A stretch of 64,000 nucleotides of DNA from Octopus vulgaris (taxonomy: Eukaryota): assembly GCA_951406725.2 (NCBI GenBank), contig OX597835.1:28582001-28646000 (forward strand). The letters are read 5' to 3'. The notes beneath the pieces are model-generated. The model saw only the letters and a program-made list of their open reading frames with translations, was not told the DNA's origin and did not search any database. Numbering within the stretch: the first letter of the stretch is position 1; the number at the start of each line of letters is the position of its first letter. Position numbers and translations under genes: made by a program. Of the stretch, positions 55,091 to 64,000 are shown one piece after another.

Positions 55091-55156
55091 GAACGGCTCA
55101 TTAGTGCTATTGTTAATTAGTCCAACTATAAGTTCGTGGTTGTGAAATGGCAGGGT

Positions 55157-55354
55157 CGAAATACCGCTAAGCAATTCGCTCGGCGTGCTAACGTTTCTGC
55201 CAGCTCGCCGCCTTAATAATAATAATAATAATAATAATGGTAATTATGGTCATAATATAGTGAAGGCTATAAATACTTGGGTAGTTTCATTACTTAAATA
55301 CTCAGCAGCTTTTTTAGATTGGACAAAAATTGGATTAGCAAAGCTCAACAGAAT
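55157..55354. repeat. Local inverted duplication of 54080-54280
   Basis: Near-identical copy of the Dong/(AAT)n/SINE-head junction, including private SINE variants. Confidence 0.9.
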
Positions 55355-55366
55355 TAACAAAATTAA

Positions 55367-55660
55367 CTCTTTTACTCTTTTACTTGTTTCAGTCATTTGA
55401 CTGTGGCGATACTGGAGCACTGCCTTTTAGTCGAGCAAATCGACCCCAGGACTTATTCTTTGTAAGTCTAGTACTTATTCTTTTGCCGAACCGCTAAGTT
55501 ACGGGGACGTAAACACACCAGCATCGGTTGTCAAGCGATGCTGGTGGGGGGGACAAACACAGACACACAAACATATAGACACACACATACATAGATACAT
55601 ACATATATACGACGGGCTTCTTTCAGTTTCCGCCTACCAAATCCACTCACAAGGCTTTGG
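55367..55660 (-). mobile_element. SINE family A lacking its head
   Basis: Tail through core. Confidence 0.88.
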
Positions 55661-55780
55661 CTGTCAAACCCTATGAGTATTTAGCGCATAGGGACTGGTT
55701 CAAATCACACGATACATTAAATAGTACGTTGTTGGTATATTCCAGGGTATCCGACGTGTCGTAAAACCCTATGGTGTATT

Positions 55781-57220
55781 ATAATCAAACGAATAATAAT
55801 AGACGATGGATAATTGTCAGCTCATAACAGCTGTTTCTTACGCATCTTAATAGAAGAATGAGAATATTACTCCATTACAAAAAAAAACCTTTATTATCAG
55901 ATGAAACGTAATTTTACAACGAAAGAATATCCCAAGAATAGAGCAGGGATGTGGCTGAAGTCTGTCGAGGCCAACTATGAAATGGGAGAATGACCAACAA
56001 TGTTGGCCGTTGAGATTAAGAATATAGTTCTTGAAAGTGTGTAATATGATATCTAAGGTCAGCGACCCTCGTGAGATAGGAGTCTGCTAGACTGGTTCTT
56101 AGGTAGACTGGGGTGGGGTGTAGGTGATATTTTATTATAGTAGGCTTAAAGCAGTGGGTAGCAAAGAGTGGTCCTAATATAAATTAAGGATAAAGAAAGA
56201 AAGAATAAAGAAAGCAAAAGTGAAGAAAAATAAAAGCAAACAAACCAATTAGGCATAGGGTCGGGGTTTCGGATTCGCTAGCTAAGGCTGAAGGAGAAAG
56301 GGAGGAGGGCAGAGATACACAGAATTTAGGGGTATTCTGTGAATATTGGTTGAAAGTTGCAGGAGGGTACGAAGGCAATCGAATAATAAGGTTTAACTTT
56401 TATGGAAGTGTAATGTTAGTAATAGTAGAGTATTACTTATCATTAAAGAGTGTAAAGAAGGAGGGGTTACACAATAAACTACACCTAGTACGGAGTAAGA
56501 GGAAATACCAGATCGGATATCAAAGAAAGCCAGCAGTAGGGAGTAGTCTAATGATTAACAATCTGGAATGTTATACAGGTGGCGTTAATATTATTTAATT
56601 AGATAGTATAATCACCACTGCGTGAATCAGGTAATGCAACTCCGGACAATAGTCGCAGGTAAGAGATTTAAATAGTGTCTTCTATTATTTAACAAGCGCA
56701 GCACAAATAACTGTCTTTGTATAAGGATTATTTACTTAGTGGAATTGGAAAAGAACTGGGTAGGGTGTGTAGGCTGTGACTTCTAGGTTAGATACCTTTG
56801 CTATCGCTATTGCATAATACTGGGTACACCAAAGATAGAATGGTTGGTTCCTTCAATATAGAAAACCATAGAAGTATAGTAAGAGTTGTTAGGTAAAGTA
56901 ATGGTAAAGAAGAACGAGACTATTTTGTTAATCTCAACAGTCAACTTTGTTGGTCAGTCTCCTATTTCATCTTTGGCCTCGACAGACTTCAGCCATGGTC
57001 CTACTGTATTCTTGGGATATTCTTTTGATTGTTAATTTACAAAAACAAAAACAAAAAAAGAAAAACCGTAATCATCAGTTAAAATTATGCTCCGCCTGAT
57101 GATTACGGTTTATTTTTTGGTAATGAAGTAATGTTCTCATTCCTCTACCAAAAAGATGCGTGAGAAACAGCTGTTATGAGCTGACAATTATCTATCGTTC
57201 GGTGTTATTCATTTGATTAT
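55781..57220. mobile_element. Element with long diverged inverted terminal repeats (probable PLE-derived)
   Basis: Arms 55781-56028 and 56918-57220 are reverse complements with exact blocks of 29 and 20 bp; GAAACAGCTGT hammerhead-like motif. Confidence 0.55.
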
Positions 57221-57304
57221 GTGTGTGTGTGTGTGTGTGTGTGTATACTTATACAAGCATATGCTTACATATATGTACGCACGGACACACACACACATAT
57301 TATT

Positions 57305-57672
57305 TTTTTATTCTTTTACGCGTTTGTCATTTGACGCCGGCCACGCTGGAGCACCGCCTTTAGTCGAACAAATCGACCTCCGGGACTTATACTTTGTAAC
57401 CCTAGTACTTATTCTATCGGTCTCTTGAGCCAAATCGTTAAGTTACGGGGACGTAAACACACCAACATCAGTTGTCAAGCGATGGTGGGAGGACAAACAC
57501 AGACACACAAATACACACACATATACGACGGGCTTCTTTCAGTTTCCGTCTACCAAATTCACTCACAATGCTATAGTAGAAGACACTTGCCCAAGGTGCC
57601 ACGCAGTGGGACTGAACCTGGAACCATGTTGATTGGGAAGCAAGCTTCTTACCACATAGCCACTCCTGCGCC
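57305..57672 (-). mobile_element. SINE family A
   Basis: Full length with small deletions. Confidence 0.9.
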
Positions 57673-57729
<57 letters not shown>

Positions 57730-57838
57730 CACATACATGCGAGTGTATATGTGCGTATACATTCGTATGCATGTGTGTGGCTGTGTGTGTGGTGTGTGTC
57801 TGTGTGTGTGGTGTGTGCGTATGTGTGTGTGCGTATGT

Positions 57839-57869
<31 letters not shown>

Positions 57870-58005
57870 CAGTTTATTTTATTCGTGGCAAATAGAGAAT
57901 GACAGATAGAGGGGACAGCTGAAATGGATTGACGTACGTAGGTACATACCTGGATTCCAGCCCCCCCTATCCACACACAAAGATATTCATACAAAGCTAC
58001 ACACA

Positions 58006-58084
<79 letters not shown>

Positions 58085-58489
58085 TTATACATACACACAT
58101 GTGTGTGGACACATTTCCTATACGGCTACATATATATCGATACCTATATTTGTGTGAGTGTGTGTGTATTTATGTATGTGTGTATGTATATATGTGTGTG
58201 GTGTGTGTTTGTATGTATGTGCGTGTGCGTGTATACCTCATTCGATTCATTCTTCTTCCGTACACGTGTACACACATTCAAGCATGCATTTGTTTTATAT
58301 ACCCTCTGCTACACATGTCCAGATGAAGCATACATTGTGTACAACATTGTCGAAAAAGTATTTTGTAAACAAGATTTATAAATAAATATATGAGTATGCA
58401 TTGTCGTGTACCTTGAAACTAGTGTTTTCTTTAGCTAAGTTCCCCCAACTAAGCTTTGCGGTTGTGCGCGCGCACGCAGTATACGACTA

Positions 58490-58553
58490 GCGCACAAACG
58501 GAAAATGTGCGCACAAATGGAAAATGTGCGCACAAATGGAAAATGTGCGCACA
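58490..58553. repeat. 19-bp tandem repeat x3.4 (GCGCACAAATGGAAAATGT)
   Basis: Direct reading; may be the subterminal repeat of an old DNA transposon. Confidence 0.85.
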
Positions 58554-59015
58554 TAAGGTTCGGTCGATGAAATTGATTTTTTCTTTTTTTGAATTGAAGG
58601 TGGTTACTCGCATGGAATCGCACTTGCAAATAAAGACATATTTTGTACCCTGGTAAATTTCTGCGTACACCTGTAGCAAAAATTTACAGGGTACCCTGTT
58701 TATAATCCATGCACAGGTGTATACATTCTTATACGCACAAGTATACACCCATGCTTATAAACAAAGGTTTCCGTACACGTGTATATATTCTTTCACAGAT
58801 ATGTATAAAGATTTCCACCCGTTTATACACTCGTGCACTTTAGTATCTGTGACGTATATACACGTGTATACATCCAAGGATATTGCTATATACATGTGTA
58901 ACGATTTATATACACTACTTAAGCAATGTCAATTGTGCATGGGGCTAGAAGACCCGATTCGGCAGTGTACATATTTATATATATTCTTGAGCAACGCGAA
59001 TTTTGTTCACTATGT

Positions 59016-59046
<31 letters not shown>

Positions 59047-59209
59047 CACATACACACACACACACACGTTTCGAGCATGTGTAAACTTACGTTTGTACGC
59101 ACGCGCACACACATACCAAAACACTCCACCCGAACACGTGTGTGTGTGTGTGTGTGTGTGTGTATGCACACATACACACACCTCGATTATACACCCTGGC
59201 ATATATGTA

Positions 59210-59245
<36 letters not shown>

Positions 59246-59945
59246 GCATACGTATACGAGTGTTACTTCTGATTGTATGCAGAAACGCATACCCTGCGCC
59301 CTACCTCTCCACCCTATAACCGCGCACGCATACAAATGCAAATATCAACGTGGTAGCTTGACGGGCTAGAAATAGCAGCTAAATACCTCCCCCAATTCAT
59401 CCCTACTCTAAATGGCATTCTACAGTCTAAACAATGGAAGGAGATATTAGAAAATAGCACCAGATGCACTTAGATAAGTAAAAAAAAAAAAAAAACAGGC
59501 GTGAGAGTCATGGAAAGGATATCTGATAATAAAATAGTACCTTATGCATGCATATGTTTATGTATATGTATGTATATATCCATCAAGACTCACATACTGT
59601 CAAAAGAAAATTATATATACAAACGTTCTGAGTCTCATATATACACGCTTGCACAAAGTTATGTATATATAGTGTATATTAGCATGTATGTATATTCCTA
59701 TGATCGAAGTGTATACATCGTTGCAACATGTAATTTATGCTGGCGTGTATACACCCTTGCACAAAGGTGTGTGATATTTGCTCCTACGTGCGTATGCACC
59801 CTTATATAAATATATCTTGAGCATGGTGTTATGCGTGTATATACCCGCAAATAAACATATGAAGTATATACTTGCGTATAAAAAGCAATGCACAAAAATA
59901 TGTAGCTTAATATTCACGTGTATGTATGTATATGTGAAGATATAT

Positions 59946-59978
<33 letters not shown>

Positions 59979-61479
59979 ATAAACACGTTTGCACAAACTA
60001 ATATTGTTCATGTTTAATGTACACCATAGCTCAAAGAATACTGTTCACATGTGTATATACACCTCTACACATAGGAATGTGTATGTATATATACATGCAA
60101 AATTATGTGTAGACATTAGTGCTTAAGGTCATATATCTACACCCATGCATAAAGGTATATATATATATATATATATTATGTCTATGAACAAGCTAGAGAA
60201 CAATGGCAAACCTATAGTGTACAACACGTATATACCCCTGCATAAAGTTATATAGTCTATACCCGTACATGTGTGTGTGTGTGTGTGTGTGCTGTTCACC
60301 GACAGAAATAGTTGTGAACGAATGCATACGTACCGTGACCTTGTATAAAGGTATTTGTAGTGTATATATAAACCGATCACCGTTACGAGGCCGCTAAATA
60401 TATACGCATGCATACATATATAAATATATATACATCCCCCCACACACATATATATATATATATATATAGATAGATAGATAGATAGATAGATATATGCATA
60501 CATATGTGTGTGTTTGCGCATATATATATATATATATGTATGCGTATGCATATATATATATATGCATACGCATATATATATGTATATATGTGTGTGTGCA
60601 TACATATATATTTGCATATATGCATGTGTTTGCGTATGCACGCGCCATATACAAATATAAGCCAGGCTGTGTACTTTAATAACGTATGTCGTGTAGACCA
60701 ATGCAGAGAGCGCACCGCACAGTCTTACGTGTACATCGTAAAAACTAACACAGAACACCTAACGTACACATACTCATACACATCCACACACACACACGCA
60801 CGTACCAATCGACACAAGACACAACTACCCAGCCAGCTATCTACTCAGTCGTCATCTTTCTATCCAGCCAAGTTAGCTGGTAGCTAAGTAGCTAGGTAGC
60901 TAGTTAGCTAGCTGGCAAGCTAGCCAAGCCATGCCATCCGGGTAGGTATGTACGTAGGTAAGAATATAAAAAAAAAAGTAGGTGTGTGTATGTGTGATTT
61001 TATTTTTGTGTGTGTGCGTATATATATATATATATATATATACATACACACACACATATATACATACGTATGTATAAAGACACCCGGTTGGTTAACAAGG
61101 TAAGGTAAGAATGATGTATGTATGAGAGGGAAACAGGGGAGAGAGAGAGAGAGAGAGAGGGGGAGAGAGAGCGGGAAAAAGAAAAAGAAAGAGAGGCAGA
61201 GATAGATAAAAAGAATGGAGGGGGAGATCCGTTACTGCAGGGAAGAAAAGTGTCTTTCTTTCCTTCTTTCTTTCTGTCATTCTTTCCTTCATTCTTTCTT
61301 TCCTTCTTTCTTTCTTCCCTCTTTCCTTTCTTCCTTCTCTCTCGCTCGCTCTCTTTCTCTCTTACTCTACTAAATTCAACGACGCTGGACCCCTTGTCGG
61401 CTGCTTTTTGGGAATGAGGCAAGGTATGTAAGATATGAAGGGAGCTATTTGGAGAATGGGGGCTGCCTGTCTGTCTGTC

Positions 61480-62670
61480 TGTCTTGGTTGGCGGGATGGC
61501 TGGCTGGCTGGATGGATGGCTGGATGGATGGATGGATGGCTGGATGGATGATTGGGGTAGATGGATGGATGGATGGAGGGAGGGAGGGAGGAAGGGAAGA
61601 AGAGTGGTGTTGATGGTGATGGATGAATGGTGGTGGAAGAGAAGAAAGAAATGATGGAAGAGTTCGCGGGGGTGGGGGTGAGGAGGAGAAATTCCAGGGA
61701 GATGTAATGGTGATGATGATGATGGTGGGGAAGGCAGCGACGGTTGTGGTAGATGGAGAAGGGGTTGAGTTTGAGCTGCGAAGATGACGATGGTGGTGGT
61801 GGTGGTGGTAGTGGCAGCGGCTGTGGATTGACGGGGTGGCGGTTTGAATCGTAAGGATGGCAATGGTGGTGATGGTTAAACGTGTGCTTGTGGGACGAGG
61901 GGAGGGGGGGGTTAAGTGAAGGGCTGGTAATGCTAATGGGGTGAGAGTGATGGGGGGCGGGGAAGCGGTGTAGGTAAATGATGTCGCGGGTAGACATAAC
62001 TGTAGTGGGGTAGGTTGTGTTGCATGTTGGAAGGTTGAGGCAGAAACGGGTAGAGGTGGCGGTGGTGGTAGAAGTAGTGGTGGTGGTAGAAGTAGTGGTG
62101 GTGGTAGGTGGAATAGGTAACACGGTAGCAGTTATAGTGATGTGGCGGCGATGGCGGCGCTGGTGGTGGTGGTGGTGGTGTTTGTGGTGGTGGTGGTGAC
62201 GGAGGTGATGGCAAGTGAGGTGGTTACGGTGGTGGTGTGATGGAAGGTAGATGGATGTGGCAGTGATGATGAGATGGTGGTGGTGGTGGTGGTGGCGGCG
62301 GTAGTAGTGGTTGCGATGGTGGTGGTGGTGGTGACGACGGTGGCGCTGCGGTGCTGGATGATGGTGCTGCTAAGTGACAGGGCTCTGGTAGTAAAGTTTG
62401 TTGGTGGTGGCTGTGGAGGTTGTGGCTGTGGAGGTGGTGGTGGTGGTGATGGTAGTGATGTCGGCGGTGGTGGCCGTGGCGGTGACTACTGTGGTGCTTC
62501 GCGAAAGAATACAGTAAAAAAAAAAGACACGAATAACGAAAACAAAATAACAATACGAAAAAAGGTTTGGGATGAAGGTAGAGTGTAGTAAACAGTAATG
62601 GCGGATGGGTAACCGGGTAGAATTTTTGGGTAGCGGCGGCAAGAGATGGTGGAGGTGGCGGTGGTGGTGA
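61480..62670. repeat. G-rich low-complexity tract ((GGAT)n, (GGT)n)
   Basis: Direct reading. Confidence 0.85.
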
Positions 62671-62837
62671 TGAGAAAACGCGGCATAAAAGGTGCTTCGG
62701 GGCATTCCTCAACAATCCAGACGAGGTACTCAGTAGCTGGCACTTTCAGACGCGAAGAGTATACAACAGGGTGGATAATACCCCGGGTAGTCCAGTGGGG
62801 GCCAAATGCTCGCTTGTCTCCATACATATGCTTATAG

Positions 62838-62882
<45 letters not shown>

Positions 62883-63284
62883 CTGTGTGTGTGTGTGTGT
62901 GAGTGTTCGTGTGTTTGTGTGTGTATGTGTGTTTTCGCCATGGATATAGATACATACACCATGGACTAGTCCGAAGAAGGCATATAAATATAAAAAAAAA
63001 CAACTCTCAGTAACAATAATGGTTTATTGACTTAGAAGGTTATAAATTTTTCCCTGTGTCGAAGTTCGATAAGCTGGAAAAAGTTATTCTACCGTTCACG
63101 GTTGGCAACTGGAGTTGCTATGAATGCGAATAAAAATCCAAATTTAGAGAACGGAGCAGGTAAAATCCAAGCTATATATGCTTCATAGCTAGCAGAATAC
63201 CTCGGAAGTTGTAATTTCTCAACGAAAGGTACTCGACTGGCTGCTCACCAAGGCCGAATGTACCTTAGTTTAATGAAGGTTACA

Positions 63285-63422
63285 TTTGCTTTCCAACCAC
63301 ATGATTCCAGGTTCAGTCCCACTACATGACACCTTAAGCAAGTGACTTCTACTATAGCCTCAGGCCGACCAAAGCCTTGTGAGTGGATTTGGTAGACGGA
63401 AACTGAAAGAAGCTCGTCGTAT

Positions 63423-63482
<60 letters not shown>

Positions 63483-63713
63483 GTATGTATGTATGTATGT
63501 ATGTATGTATGTATGTATGTGTGCGAGTGTGTATGTTTGTGTGTCTGCGTTTGTCACCCCAACATCGCTTGACAACCGATGCTGGTGTGTTTACGTCCCC
63601 GTAACTTACGCAGTTCGGCAAAAGAGACCGATAGAATAAGTACTAGGCTTACAAAGAATAAAACCTGGGGTCGATTTGTTCGACTATGGGCGGTGCTCCA
63701 GCACGGCCGCGGT
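63285..63713 (+). mobile_element. SINE family A (both ends clipped)
   Basis: Core, internal microsatellite and 3' domain. Confidence 0.88.
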
Positions 63714-63714
63714 C

Positions 63715-63777
<63 letters not shown>

Positions 63778-64000
63778 TATCGGTACGACATCAAATTTTA
63801 AAGACGGGAAAAAGCAGTACCCTTCCAATCTTTTACTAACGGCATTAAGTACTATTGCTAATGAGGAATTGGAATTATGTCTTTGACACACGGATTGGTT
63901 GTGTGCGTGGGAGAAGTTGGGTTGCTAAAGCCTCGAAAACCTATTCCGAAGTTTCAATCTGTCTGAGGTAGCGATTGGGATTCCCGCATGTGCCATAGTG

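Noticed and set aside
61000-62123. Long Pro/Ser/His-rich minus-strand ORFs (287 and 253 aa)
   Set aside because: Built from (GGAT)n, (GGT)n and (GA)n; no recognisable domain

Overview
AT-rich eukaryotic (metazoan) non-coding DNA packed with microsatellites and transposon debris. The SINE families look like those of octopus, but that is recollection and was not checked against a database. I found no host protein-coding exon I can support; nearly all ORFs in the track are microsatellite or SINE translations. The window holds: about 20 copies of tRNA-type SINE A, which carries an internal (TA/TG)n tract; more than 10 copies or multimers of SINE B; SINEs C, D and E; and a non-coding element F found only in (AAT)n arrays. 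It also holds fossils of Penelope (GIY-YIG), Tx1/L1-like, R4/Dong-like (x2), CR1, RTE (x2) and APE-bearing LINEs, two pogo/Tigger transposase fossils (one with both TIRs), hAT MITEs and a non-autonomous Helitron. Three observations stand out. (1) A perfect 136-bp inverted repeat carries an intact minimal hammerhead ribozyme on each strand, and several degenerate hammerheads lie elsewhere. (2) One SINE B tail matches the 3' end of the Tx1-like LINE in the window and is almost always followed by the same internal SINE B position, suggesting a self-targeting SINE/LINE pair. (3) Element F and the Dong-like LINEs share the (AAT)n niche. All alignments and translations were done by eye; ends of degenerate elements are approximate.
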